DNA of 40,231 nucleotides from a virus: IMG/VR virus record IMGVR_UViG_2914868299_000003; one strand, 5' to 3'. Shown piece by piece: positions 25,530 to 35,398 of this stretch (position 1 is its first letter; each line of letters starts with the position of its first letter). The notes under the pieces were generated by a model. It saw only the letters and a program-made list of their open reading frames with translations, ran no database searches and was not told where the DNA came from. The position numbers and the translations under genes were made by a program.

Positions 25530-28500
25530 GTACTGCAGACTTCGGCCTCGAGCAAACAGAGGATCAGGCCCAGTCGTCGGTCGGCCTCGAGCTATTCATC
25601 AACGAAGAGCCGCCTGCTCCGACGAACCTCTCGGTCACCGCGACGGATGCCAACAGCGTCAGTCTCGACTGGGACGGCGACGGACTGGCTGACGAGTACG
25701 AGATCTATCGAGCGACCTCGAGCGGAAGCAGCACCGGTGATTACACACTGGCTGCGACCGTCTCGAGTACGCCCCACACGGACGGCAGCCTCACCAACGG
25801 CCGCCAGTATCACTACCGCGTTCGGGCGGTCAATCAGGCAGGAGTCTCCGACCTCTCTGGCGAGGCGACCGGGACGACCGATCTCCCAGCGCCGTCGTTC
25901 AGCATCGACGCCAGCGTACAGCGGCAGATCACGATCGACTGGACTTTCAACGACGACAACCCGGACGGCGACCTCACCGTCACTGAGTCGAGCAGCGGGA
26001 CGATCACGACGACCACGAGCCGCGACGGGGCTTACACTCACGGCTCGCTTCTCGACGGCGAGCAGTACAGCTACTCGATCGAGCGCGATACCGGCGATGC
26101 GACGGCGTCGGCGGGCCCGAAAAGTGCGGTCACGATCCTCCCGGCGGTCGAGAACTTAACCGTCGACACGATCGACGGACGCTACGTCACGCTATCGTGG
26201 ACCGAGTCAAGTAACAACTCGAGCGGGTATCGTCTCCTCCTGCAGAAGCCGTCTGACGGGTCATACAGTCAAGATGGGGGCGACTACGCCCCGGTCGCTG
26301 AGGGCGAGACAAAGACCGCCACGACGACCGAACTCCTCGACGGCCAACAGTACGATGCGATCGTGGAAATCTACACCGATCACGCCACCGCGAGGACAGG
26401 GACGACCACGTTCACCACTGACCTACCGGGTGCTGACACGCTCGATCTCGACGGCAGTGAGCCCGATCAGATCACCGCCCAGTGGACGCAAGTACTGAAC
26501 AACGGCGAGTACCGCATCGAGGTCCGCGAGAGCGACGCCAACGAAAACTGGGGTGACTCGGGGGCAGCAACCGTCGCCTACGACAGCACGCTCGAGCATA
26601 CGTTCACCGGCATCCTCGACGGCGAGAAGTTCGATGTACGGATTCGAACGCAGACCCAGTACGTCGACGGGTCGTGGCTCGAGGGCGAGGAGATCACGAA
26701 CCTCCCCGCGCCGAGCGGGATCGGGTTCGTGAACGTCGGGACGACTTCGCTGGAGGTCCAGTGGACCGACAACGCGACGTTCGAGGGCAGCTATCAGGTC
26801 TTCCGCAAGCGCGTCGACTACGACGGCAACGTGACCGACGACCGAAACCTCCGGGCAACCGAAGCTCAGTCTGCCGAGTCCCATGCCGATTCGGAGGTTC
26901 AACCGGGCCGAGAGTACGAATACGTCGTTCGCGCTCGAACGTCGTGGGTCCACGCCGACACCAGTATTGGGACGGTCTCGACCGACTCGATCAGCCTCTC
27001 CGATCGGGCCGTCTCCCCGCGGGGCTGGCACCTCGAGGTCGACCATCCGTCTGGGACGACCCTGACCCCGGATCCGCTCGACGGCGCCACGCGTCGACCG
27101 ACGATCAACGGCTTCCCCCGCGTCGAGATCCCGGTGCCCTACCGCGATCGCTGGCACTCGGCCGATCGGGATGACGCCCCGCTGCGAGTCTGGCACAGCG
27201 GCTCGAGAGAGCCGATCGAGACCCTCGAGCATCGCCGCCTCGAGGAGGGTGCAGGCTCGAAGCGGACCGTCCTCGAGGGGCGGGGCGGGACGCAGCTCGA
27301 CCGGCGGGTGATCGAGGACGTCGACATCGAGCCGACCCACGAGTTTGCCAAGCGTCTCATCGAGGAATACACGGACTACACTGCGACCGTCGACGACCCC
27401 CAGACCAACCAAGAGGAGCGGGCGCTTGACCGCGCCGAGTCTGCGTTCGAGTACGGGCAGACACTACAGGCCATCTCGGATACAACCCCGCTGAAGATCA
27501 CAGACGATGGGTTCTTTGAGTGTAAACAGACGTGTTGGTCGTTCGACGCCGTCGGAAATACGACTGCTACGGTCCAGAGCGACAGTTTCACTGGGGGTGA
27601 GGCGGCGCAGATCACTGACTTCCAAGATTCGTTCAGCGTCACGTTCGAGACCGACTACCGCATCGAGGAGCCGGAGTTCTTCCACCGGGGCATCCGGGAG
27701 GCATATATGCGGATGGACATTTACGTCGACGGCGTCCTCGCCACGTCGAACCTCCAGACGGCAGAACCCGGGTACGCGCCGATCTCGTTTGCCGGGCCAC
27801 TCGAGCCCGGGTCCCACACGATCGAGTTCGATGTTCAGCCGGATGGGACCTCTGACTCTGGGGATTTCCGGCTCGATCGCTTCGGTGTTCGCGATGCACA
27901 GTTCTCGTACGACGACAGTGGCACGCTCAACGAGCCGGGCGGGCACACGGACGGGCCGTCACCGTATCCGGATCTGACGCGCATCGAGACGGTCGAGTAC
28001 ACGACGCCGCTGGCGATGACCGAGGTCTCGGTCGACGCGCAGCCGACCGCCGGCAGCGTCGCCGAACTCGGGATCCGCCAGGACGGCACCGGTGACTACG
28101 TCACTGCCAGCCAGACGACGAGCCACACCATCCAGTACAATGACCTCGCTGCGACGGCCCAGGCTCGGATCGGTCTCGGCCGCCGGCAGGATCTCGACCC
28201 TCGCGATGAGACGCCACGGCTGGGGTACGAGTCCCAGAGACTCGACATCCTTGAGATCAGCGCTCTCCTCGACGATACGCCGGTCCTCACGGACCGAAGC
28301 TTCGATCGGCCGCTGATCGATGTCCTCCGCGAGGTCGCTGACATCGGCAACTTCGTGTTCGAGGTTCGGGCCGACGGCGACGAGACCGTAATCGAGTGGA
28401 CCCAGCTCGGCCAGCGCGAGGTCAGTATCGACCCCGAGATCGCAGACTACAGCGTCGATCGCCAGACCGAGGACGTCGTCGAGAAGGCCGTGGTCTACGG

Positions 28501-29095
28501 CAGTGCTGCCCAGATCACCCGCCAGACCGTCGACGTCGCGATCGGGACGTGGGTTGATCTCCCCTTCCCCGACGCGAAGATCGTCGAGCGAAAGGAGACG
28601 ATCTACGACGGCGATACCGAGTTCACTCGAGGCGAGGACTACCAGATCCGCTACGCGACTGAAGACGGCCAGCCGCGGATCAAGGCGCTGTCGGGTGGCG
28701 CGCTGTCCGATGGGCAGACGGTGTCGGTCGATGCCGAGGTCAAGCCTCGGGGCTCCTATACCGAGGGCGACGCCGGCGAGAACCCGAAGACGGTCATCGA
28801 GGATATCCCCGGACTCGCCTCGAAGCAGATGTGCGACCAGTACGCCCTCTACGCAGTCGAGCGGACCGGCGACGCGATCGTCGACGCGAGCGTAACGATC
28901 TCCAGCGAAGAGGTCGGTGCGTTGCTCGTCGACGCGATCGATATCGACCGGCTGCCCGGTGACGTCCCGTGGGAGGTCGACGATATCAGCTACGGCGACG
29001 GCGAGGTTTCGATCGAGTTGGGCAACGGGCCGTCGGCGGACGATTTTCTCCAGGGGCTCAGCGATCGGCTGCAGCGCAACAGCGAGCGGGTGTGA
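25526..29095 (+). CDS. Large tail protein with tandem fibronectin type III domains and hub-like C-terminus
   Basis: PPAPTNLSVT...VSLDW...YRVRAVN and further FN3-like repeats; 1189 aa. Confidence 0.85.
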   Translation: MSTADFGLEQTEDQAQSSVGLELFINEEPPAPTNLSVTATDANSVSLDWDGDGLADEYEIYRATSSGSSTGDYTLAATVSSTPHTDGSLTNGRQYHYRVRAVNQAGVSDLSGEATGTTDLPAPSFSIDASVQRQITIDWTFNDDNPDGDLTVTESSSGTITTTTSRDGAYTHGSLLDGEQYSYSIERDTGDATASAGPKSAVTILPAVENLTVDTIDGRYVTLSWTESSNNSSGYRLLLQKPSDGSYSQDGGDYAPVAEGETKTATTTELLDGQQYDAIVEIYTDHATARTGTTTFTTDLPGADTLDLDGSEPDQITAQWTQVLNNGEYRIEVRESDANENWGDSGAATVAYDSTLEHTFTGILDGEKFDVRIRTQTQYVDGSWLEGEEITNLPAPSGIGFVNVGTTSLEVQWTDNATFEGSYQVFRKRVDYDGNVTDDRNLRATEAQSAESHADSEVQPGREYEYVVRARTSWVHADTSIGTVSTDSISLSDRAVSPRGWHLEVDHPSGTTLTPDPLDGATRRPTINGFPRVEIPVPYRDRWHSADRDDAPLRVWHSGSREPIETLEHRRLEEGAGSKRTVLEGRGGTQLDRRVIEDVDIEPTHEFAKRLIEEYTDYTATVDDPQTNQEERALDRAESAFEYGQTLQAISDTTPLKITDDGFFECKQTCWSFDAVGNTTATVQSDSFTGGEAAQITDFQDSFSVTFETDYRIEEPEFFHRGIREAYMRMDIYVDGVLATSNLQTAEPGYAPISFAGPLEPGSHTIEFDVQPDGTSDSGDFRLDRFGVRDAQFSYDDSGTLNEPGGHTDGPSPYPDLTRIETVEYTTPLAMTEVSVDAQPTAGSVAELGIRQDGTGDYVTASQTTSHTIQYNDLAATAQARIGLGRRQDLDPRDETPRLGYESQRLDILEISALLDDTPVLTDRSFDRPLIDVLREVADIGNFVFEVRADGDETVIEWTQLGQREVSIDPEIADYSVDRQTEDVVEKAVVYGSAAQITRQTVDVAIGTWVDLPFPDAKIVERKETIYDGDTEFTRGEDYQIRYATEDGQPRIKALSGGALSDGQTVSVDAEVKPRGSYTEGDAGENPKTVIEDIPGLASKQMCDQYALYAVERTGDAIVDASVTISSEEVGALLVDAIDIDRLPGDVPWEVDDISYGDGEVSIELGNGPSADDFLQGLSDRLQRNSERV

Positions 29096-29144
29096 CAGCT
29101 GTGGAACCGCCGGGGCGAGCTGGGGGACTGCGCAGAAGGGAAAA

Positions 29145-29807
29145 TCAGTCGAATGTGATCTGCCAAGGCAACCACGTCTGGACATCAACCCATCCGACAC
29201 CGTCAAAGTCGACTGGGACTTCACCCTTCCCTCCCTCTCCAGTGGTTAAGCGTTCGCCGGAGTCCCCCTCTGCGGGATAGATAGTCACTTCAAACTCCGT
29301 TCCAGGGCGGGGTAAGAGATGCGCAACATCTATCGAATCGAACTCAAACGGGCCAGCAACGACGGGCCCATCATCGGAGATGGTCTCCGGTATGCTGCCA
29401 CTATCCGCTCGAGGGTGTCGGATTTCGACACTCCACTGCGCGCCGTTGCCGTCGGCATGAAGGACATAATCCCCACCCTCAAATAGCGTGGCAGACGCGC
29501 CGTCATACTCGCGGTCTATCTTGAGTTCGTAGGGGTCTCCTTCCTCAAGCGGGGACACTCGAAGACTGAAATCATCGCCCTCGTACCCCACGTCAAACAC
29601 TGCCAGACCACTCCCGATTGAGATAGGGTCCTCCATAATAGAGCCGGACCCCAGCCATTTCCACGACTCAAGCGGCTTCTTTGCGGAGGTCCTGTCAGGT
29701 TGGCTTCCCCCATTTCCGTTCCCGTCGTCCGTTTGGGTGCCTGAACAGCCTGCAAGTACGGTTGAAAATGCAGCGCCGCTTCCAAGAAGAAGTCTCCGAC
29801 GGTTCAT
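29145..29807 (-). CDS. Tat-exported lipoprotein (paralog A)
   Basis: MNRRRLL twin-arginine motif, LAGC lipobox, two beta repeats. Confidence 0.88.
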   Translation of the reverse strand: MNRRRLLLGSGAAFSTVLAGCSGTQTDDGNGNGGSQPDRTSAKKPLESWKWLGSGSIMEDPISIGSGLAVFDVGYEGDDFSLRVSPLEEGDPYELKIDREYDGASATLFEGGDYVLHADGNGAQWSVEIRHPRADSGSIPETISDDGPVVAGPFEFDSIDVAHLLPRPGTEFEVTIYPAEGDSGERLTTGEGGKGEVPVDFDGVGWVDVQTWLPWQITFD

Positions 29808-29847
29808 ATCTCCTCAATTGGATGGTTCGGTGATAATATTGTTGCCA

Positions 29848-30033
29848 CTATTCGCCAATTTCGAGCGCGTCGACGGCTTCGGCGGGCCCGACGTCGTGAT
29901 CGACGAGGCGGTCCGCTGCGAGCTGCCACGCTCTTCGCGAGAGTTCGGGATCGGCGCTCTCGTAGTTGACTGAGAACTCGGTCAGTGCGACTGCGACGAG
30001 GAGGTCATCGCGACGATCGTCCAGAGGCATCAC
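29848..30033 (-). CDS. Small helical hypothetical protein
   Basis: MPLDDRRDDLLVAVALTEFSV...RAWQLAADRL; typical codon usage. Confidence 0.65.
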   Translation of the reverse strand: MMPLDDRRDDLLVAVALTEFSVNYESADPELSRRAWQLAADRLVDHDVGPAEAVDALEIGE

Positions 30034-30797
30034 TGCCGCTGGCCGCGGCTTCCCGGATAAAGGTCAGCACCCACCGTGAGCCAACGCAGGAATCCGCCAA
30101 CGGGGGAGTTGGCGGTGGAGCGTCGTACCCACTTGGTGTGTCAATCGAGAGGGCTCGAGATCGGGATGTCAGTCGGGGTGCGGCTATTGACGTTGGGGCA
30201 GTCACCGATCTCGAGAGGCGAGGACCGTGTTTCAGAGTCGGATAGAGTCAGTCCTGCAACGGTTGACTCTCATTCCTCGCCAATCATGGGTTCCAACTGA
30301 TATGATATGAACCTGTTGGTATTTTTATATCAGTAGAAATGGCAGTTAACAATATCTGAACCACCGAGGCAAGGCGAAGATGGGGCTGTCAGTCCTCAGT
30401 CTCGAGAAAACGCCGGCCAGAGGCCAGCGTCGGAGTCCCCCTCCCCCCTTAGTGGTGTGTCAAGGGGTGGGTCTGCGATCGGGGTGACAATATGGCGATT
30501 GACGTAGACCGATCCCAGCTGTGGCGAGAGGGCCTGGATGTCTCGGAATCGGATTCGGTCGGTACGGCGGAATCCGGTGGGTCTCTCGCCGGCCGGATCT
30601 TCGGAGCAGTATCGCATCAAGCTACTGGCCACACGAGTAGGGCTCCTGTCGGTCGTGTGTATGTAGCAGTGCCGTCCACCATCACGAACAGTTGCTCACC
30701 ATGACCATCTGCCAATGGGTTTATGTTAATCGGCAGAGAACGCAGGCCCAGATAGCGAACCAGCAAACACTTGACGTTGTAGCACTTGTAACTAAAC

Positions 30798-31367
30798 ATG
30801 CCCAGGGATGCAGATACACGGACCGATCGAGGGGAACTTCGAGAGGTCTTGCTCGCGTTCATGGACAAATATCGCGGGCAACATGCAGCCCCTGGAAAAC
30901 TGCGACTACACAAATTCGTCTTTTTCGGCGACCTCTACAGCCTCCACTGGTACGGAGGAAGACTCACTGACGCAGACTTCAAAGCCTACGATTACGGAGC
31001 CTTCTCCGAAGACATCCAAGAGCTGTTGGATGAGTTGGAGAGGTCCGGTGAAGTCCAGACGACGGAATCCCCCAGTGGACGGGGTAAACAGTATCACAAC
31101 ACGCGCTCGCCAAAGCTCAGTAGGGAGAAGCAAGAGATTGTCGACGAAGTCTGGCAAGAGCTCAAATCCCTAAGCGACGACGATCTGGGGCAGTTTTCAA
31201 AGGGGACATGGCTCTATGAAAACACCCCCTATGATGAGAGTATGGACTGGGAAGCCTACCGAGAGAAGGTAGGTACAGCGACACAGTGGAGAGAAGTCGT
31301 AGAGAGTATGAAGGAAAGGAATCCGGCCGACGACCCGGAGGATTCTGTAGCCGATCTCCTTAATTGA
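30798..31367 (+). CDS. Panacea (DUF4065/SocA-like) antitoxin
   Basis: GKLRLHKFVFFGD...LTDADFKAYDYGAFSEDI pattern and later S...W motif. Confidence 0.8.
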   Translation: MPRDADTRTDRGELREVLLAFMDKYRGQHAAPGKLRLHKFVFFGDLYSLHWYGGRLTDADFKAYDYGAFSEDIQELLDELERSGEVQTTESPSGRGKQYHNTRSPKLSREKQEIVDEVWQELKSLSDDDLGQFSKGTWLYENTPYDESMDWEAYREKVGTATQWREVVESMKERNPADDPEDSVADLLN

Positions 31368-31945
31368 TGGCAGGGCTGCTTGAGGATCCGTTGCCGATGG
31401 GGTATGATCAGGATTTTGAGTCAGACTTAAAGAAAATCCAGGAAGATGATCCGACCCTTGCCGAGCGGATTGCAGATTACTGTGAGGAAATCCGGAAGAA
31501 ACCGTTTAAAGGCGAGATGAAGCAGTATGCTATGGATGGCCTCTATGGACTCCACGTTGACCCTTTTGTACTTCTATACGAACTTGATCCTCACCTAGCT
31601 CCCAATTCCGATCCATCAAATGTCGATGAAGTCTATTTTCACCGGGTTGTACACCATGATGATCAGCAAACTGCAGTAAAGAACGTCAACCGAGCAGATA
31701 GAACAACTTACGTGTCTATTCGGCTCGAGTACGACCCCATTCCAAATGTTCAGAGACGGGTTTCACAACTTCACGAAACCGACGAATTCAGATTTAAGGA
31801 CTCTACATACGATTCCGATGGGATCTCTGTCACGGGTGAATTAGTAGACGATTCTCGCGGGCGGAACCGAGAAATTTTGGAGGTCATACTGCCAGAGGAC
31901 GCGATTATCGAGTACGACCGAGAAGGATTCTCGGACTTTATATAA
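31367..31945 (+). CDS. RelE/ParE-fold protein with extra C-terminal domain
   Basis: YDQDFESDLKKI...IRKKPFKGE...GLYGLHVDPFVLLYEL...YFHRVVHHD; TGATG coupling to the antitoxin. Confidence 0.7.
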   Translation: MAGLLEDPLPMGYDQDFESDLKKIQEDDPTLAERIADYCEEIRKKPFKGEMKQYAMDGLYGLHVDPFVLLYELDPHLAPNSDPSNVDEVYFHRVVHHDDQQTAVKNVNRADRTTYVSIRLEYDPIPNVQRRVSQLHETDEFRFKDSTYDSDGISVTGELVDDSRGRNREILEVILPEDAIIEYDREGFSDFI

Positions 31946-31965
31946 TATCGCCCGTTCTCCAGGCA

Positions 31966-32191
31966 TCAGTCATCTTCGAGTAGTTCGTCGCGGGCTGCCT
32001 TGAGTTTCTGGAATCGGCCAGAGGACCCGCCCGTATCGGGGTGGCCCTCGAGGTTTTTGAGTTGCGCCTTGAACGCTGCCGTGACGATCTCGTCGGGAGC
32101 GTGCGGTGCGACCTCGAGGATCTCGTAAGGCTCCTGGTCGAGTTCGTCCTCGCTGCTCGCGGCCGTCGTCGGTCCCCTGGGCGCTACTCAC
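31966..32191 (-). pseudogene. Frameshifted or truncated J-domain (DnaJ-like) gene
   Basis: Frame without its own start reads EPYEILEVAPHAPDEIVTAAFKAQLKNLEGHPDTGGSSGRFQKLKAARDELL (HPD); the GTG at 32191 is in another frame. Confidence 0.7.
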
Positions 32192-32465
32192 TCCCACCAC
32201 CGCCCTTACACTGGATGGTCTGTTCGACGTAGCACTCGCCGTCGTACACGAGCCGGTAGAGGCCACGCGCCTGCTTCTCGATCCATCCAGCGTTCTCGAG
32301 CGCGTTCAGGGCGTCATTCACGCGCTGGCGCTCGAGACCGGTGATGTCCCGGATCCGGCGTGGATTGACCTGAAACTCGTCGCGAAAAACGTCGAGGACC
32401 TGTCGTTGCTGCTTCGACGGGTCGAACTTCTTGTTCGCCACGTTGAATCGTCTGTATCCTTGCAT
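32184..32465 (-). CDS. wHTH regulator (resembles the phiH1 repressor-like class)
   Basis: QRQVLDVF...VNPRRIRDITGLERQRVNDALNALENAGWIEKQARGLY. Confidence 0.8.
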   Translation of the reverse strand: MQGYRRFNVANKKFDPSKQQRQVLDVFRDEFQVNPRRIRDITGLERQRVNDALNALENAGWIEKQARGLYRLVYDGECYVEQTIQCKGGGGSE

Positions 32466-32523
32466 AGCGATCCCTACAAATGTACCTATCAGTGACCACG
32501 CTATTGTATCTTCGGGTGTCCAA

Positions 32524-32575
32524 TCTATAGTCCGTTACAAAGTAACGCTTAATAGGTTGGCGAATAGACTATAGA
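32524..32575. promoter_or_regulatory. Divergent promoter with operator-like palindromes
   Basis: CGTTAC-AAA-GTAACG (32533-32547) nested within TCTATAGTC...GACTATAGA. Confidence 0.6.
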
Positions 32576-32664
32576 GTAGGAAGCGCGGGGATGTCGGGGT
32601 CAGAAACCTGATCTCGGCCGGGTGTTAGAGCACCCGACCTGCGCTTCTGGGCTTACAGAAGCAT

Positions 32665-33063
32665 ATGAGCGTACAAGACCCAACGGATGAAACCGTTACG
32701 ACTGACGAAGCACAGATCGACGACGTCGTCCTCGAGCGCCGCTCGTGGAACTACGGCTACATCGGCGAGGACGCTGACGGACGGCATCACCACGTGGATC
32801 GCAAGCGTGACCGCATCGTCGTCACGAAGACCCGCGCGGACCGCGACGACTCCGGTGCGGTGCCGGTGTTCTCCCTCGAGGGCCCGATCCTCCACTCCGA
32901 GGGGATCGTCCTGGCGTCGAACGGTGCCGGCGGCGACGACCTTCGGCGCTGGATCGCCTTCGTCGATCAGGAGATCGGCGACGAGGACGACGAGAGTGGC
33001 TGGGCCGAGCGTCCGGTCTCGGCGGCCGACGAAGCACAGGACGTCCTCGAGGAGGTGCTGTAA
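32665..33063 (+). CDS. Hypothetical protein
   Basis: Acidic; first gene of a rightward operon. Confidence 0.8.
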   Translation: MSVQDPTDETVTTDEAQIDDVVLERRSWNYGYIGEDADGRHHHVDRKRDRIVVTKTRADRDDSGAVPVFSLEGPILHSEGIVLASNGAGGDDLRRWIAFVDQEIGDEDDESGWAERPVSAADEAQDVLEEVL

Positions 33064-33064
33064 G

Positions 33065-33847
33065 ATGGCGGTGACGGTCGCGACCAGCGCCGGCGAGCAG
33101 TTCGTCGACGCAACGACCGACGACGGAGAGATGGTCCTGATCGAAGAGGTCGACTCGGACGGCTTCGGGCGATGCGGGTGGACCGTTCTCGAGTTCAACG
33201 GGCGATCTGAGATGACGGTCGAACGTGACAAGGCCCAGAGCGCTCGCTCGGAGCAGCTGGACCGCAAGGGCGAGATCGAACTGCAGCGCCAGCACGAGGC
33301 CGCGGCGGTCGCTGGCCCCGAACTCCGGGCCGACGGGAGTGGCGAATCGGGCGATCAGACACAGGCAGCCGACTCCGACATGACCGACGACACCGACATC
33401 AAACCCGGCGACGTAGCGCTCGATCGAACGCAAGGCCGACCCGTTCACGTCCTCGAGGATACCGGCCAGACGGTCCTTCAGTGGTCCAACGAGAACGGCT
33501 ACGACCTGCTCGACAACTACGGGAACAGTCGTTGCGGGGCGACTGCCGAGGACCGTGTCTTCGAAGTCGTCTACTGCAGCAGCATCCAGTCCGAGCCGTC
33601 GAAGACCTACGCGATGCCGGAGTCGCGTCTCGATCGCGTCGAGACCGAGAAGGCCGACAACGGTCGCCAGGTCTACGACCGGATCGTCGTCGACGTCCTC
33701 GACCAGCTGTTCCAACGCGCAGGTCGCGACGACGAACAGGCGGTCGCCGTCCTCGAGCAGTACGCGACCGATGCCGGGATCGACGCCGACGTCGTCGACG
33801 AAGCGCGTGAACTTGCCGAGGCTGCCCAGCTCGGAGGTGAGGCGTGA
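33065..33847 (+). CDS. Two-domain hypothetical protein (C-terminal SH3-like beta domain)
   Basis: PGDVALDR...VFEVVY...YAMPESRL pattern; typical codon usage starts at ATG 33065. Confidence 0.75.
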   Translation: MAVTVATSAGEQFVDATTDDGEMVLIEEVDSDGFGRCGWTVLEFNGRSEMTVERDKAQSARSEQLDRKGEIELQRQHEAAAVAGPELRADGSGESGDQTQAADSDMTDDTDIKPGDVALDRTQGRPVHVLEDTGQTVLQWSNENGYDLLDNYGNSRCGATAEDRVFEVVYCSSIQSEPSKTYAMPESRLDRVETEKADNGRQVYDRIVVDVLDQLFQRAGRDDEQAVAVLEQYATDAGIDADVVDEARELAEAAQLGGEA

Positions 33848-34458
33848 TGTCCGAAGCCGCCGGTGCCGACGACGCCGACGCCGCCGGCGCCCTCGAGGGC
33901 GAGACCGTCGACGGGACTGTGCTGCCGCGATCGTTCCTCGTCGAGGGGAGCGGTCCGGTCACCGTCGTTCGCGACCAAGGCGATGTCGTCGAGCGTACCG
34001 AGGGCGAGGTGACGATCTCGCGTCGGCTCGAGACGCTCGAGGGCTTCGCGACGTTCTGGAACTTCCGCGATCTCAAGAACTGGAAGCGCAACGCGATCCG
34101 CGAGGTCCTCGAGGATCACGAGGACGACATCACCCGCTACGTGATCAGCGACGAGCAACTCGAACAGTGGGACGTCCAGGCCGACGGGCGGGCGCAAGCG
34201 TTCACCGGCGTCGCCGAGACGATCGTCGACGACGAGGTATCTGACGACTTCGAGGCACCGAGCCAGCACTTCCTCGCCTACGTCGACAACCCTGCTGATC
34301 GGGACGTCGACGAGATGACGCTCGATTTCGCGGGGGACCTCAAGACATCGCCGCTCTGGGGCCCGGGCGCACGGCTCGCCGAGCTGGTCGTTCGACACGC
34401 TAATCGCGAGGACCTCGAGGGGCACACCGAGGCGCTGCTCGAGGAGATCAACCGATGA
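33844..34458 (+). CDS. Hypothetical protein
   Basis: Acidic ORF with coupled start and stop. Confidence 0.8.
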   Translation: MMSEAAGADDADAAGALEGETVDGTVLPRSFLVEGSGPVTVVRDQGDVVERTEGEVTISRRLETLEGFATFWNFRDLKNWKRNAIREVLEDHEDDITRYVISDEQLEQWDVQADGRAQAFTGVAETIVDDEVSDDFEAPSQHFLAYVDNPADRDVDEMTLDFAGDLKTSPLWGPGARLAELVVRHANREDLEGHTEALLEEINR

Positions 34459-34694
34459 GCATCCAGACCGCGAATCTCGAGGCGGCTGCCGAGGCCGTCC
34501 CCGAACACCCGACGGTCTACGACGCCCGCCTCGTTGATCGGCGCGACCAGGACGGCCGGCGCGTCCTCGAGGTCGTGCTCGGGCCGCAGGTCGATCGCGT
34601 TCCGCCGGGCGTGCTGCGGGCGCTGGCCGAGGCCGACTGCGGGCTCGACACCGTCCAGTCCCAGGGCACGTTCCTCGTCGCGATCGCCGAGTAG
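34455..34694 (+). CDS. Small hypothetical protein
   Basis: ATGA overlap; LEVVLGP..DRVPPGVLRALAE. Confidence 0.75.
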   Translation: MSIQTANLEAAAEAVPEHPTVYDARLVDRRDQDGRRVLEVVLGPQVDRVPPGVLRALAEADCGLDTVQSQGTFLVAIAE

Positions 34695-34714
34695 AAGCAG
34701 CCCTCTTTTCGCCG

Positions 34715-35398
34715 CTATTCGATTCGGATCCCCCAGCCGCCGTCGGCTTGGATCGCCACGTACCCGAGCCCCGAATGCCGGAACGACGTCGTCCCCTCGT
34801 AGCTCCCGATCTCGTTGACTGCGATCGTCGGGAACTGCCCCTGCGGCGGGAGGACTTGGACGATGAAGTTCCGGCGGCCGTTGTGTGCTGCTCCGATCGT
34901 GTGCGTTCCGTCAAACTCGAGAGGGCCGAGGACCGTTGCCGAAGTACCCTGCTGCTCGAAGGGAAGCGAGTCACCGCTGCTCGGTCGTGGCTGTGTCAGC
35001 TCGAGTTCCCAGTCGCCGTCAGCCTCGATCGACATCTGGTAGGTGCCTCGCCCGACGAGTGCGGCCCGTGAGCCGTCGAACGCACCGATCTGGTTGACCA
35101 TGATGTTCTCCATCCCCGTCTCGGGGACGAGTTTGACGATGAAGTTCCGGCTACCGGTGTGTTGTGCTTCGATGACCGTCAGCCCGCCGATGATACCGAC
35201 GTTGGAGTAGACCTGATTCCCCGATCCCGACACCGATATCGGATCCGGTTCCTCGACATCGGGTTCGTCCGCGCTCGGCCCTGTACTGGTACCGTTCCCG
35301 TTGCCATTTTCCCCGTCGTCGCTCGTATCGCTCGAGCAACCAGCGATCGTCGTTGTGAGCGCCACACCGCTTCCGAGAAGGAGCTTCCGTCGGTTCAT
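34715..35398 (-). CDS. Tat-exported lipoprotein (paralog B)
   Basis: MNRRKLL, IAGC lipobox; two repeats HxGxRNFIV...VNxIGxxxG...ADGxW. Confidence 0.9.
   Translation of the reverse strand: MNRRKLLLGSGVALTTTIAGCSSDTSDDGENGNGNGTSTGPSADEPDVEEPDPISVSGSGNQVYSNVGIIGGLTVIEAQHTGSRNFIVKLVPETGMENIMVNQIGAFDGSRAALVGRGTYQMSIEADGDWELELTQPRPSSGDSLPFEQQGTSATVLGPLEFDGTHTIGAAHNGRRNFIVQVLPPQGQFPTIAVNEIGSYEGTTSFRHSGLGYVAIQADGGWGIRIE

Noticed and set aside
24669-29095. Invertible tail-fibre locus or diversity-generating retroelement
   Set aside because: No recombinase, reverse transcriptase, inverted gene copies or template/variable repeat pair seen.
30492-30704. 70-aa ORF MAIDVDRSQLW...
   Set aside because: Plausible start, but atypical codon usage downstream and no motif; too weak to call.
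32590-32660. tRNA fragment / att site
   Set aside because: Hairpins are present, but no T-loop (GTTCRAATC) or cloverleaf.
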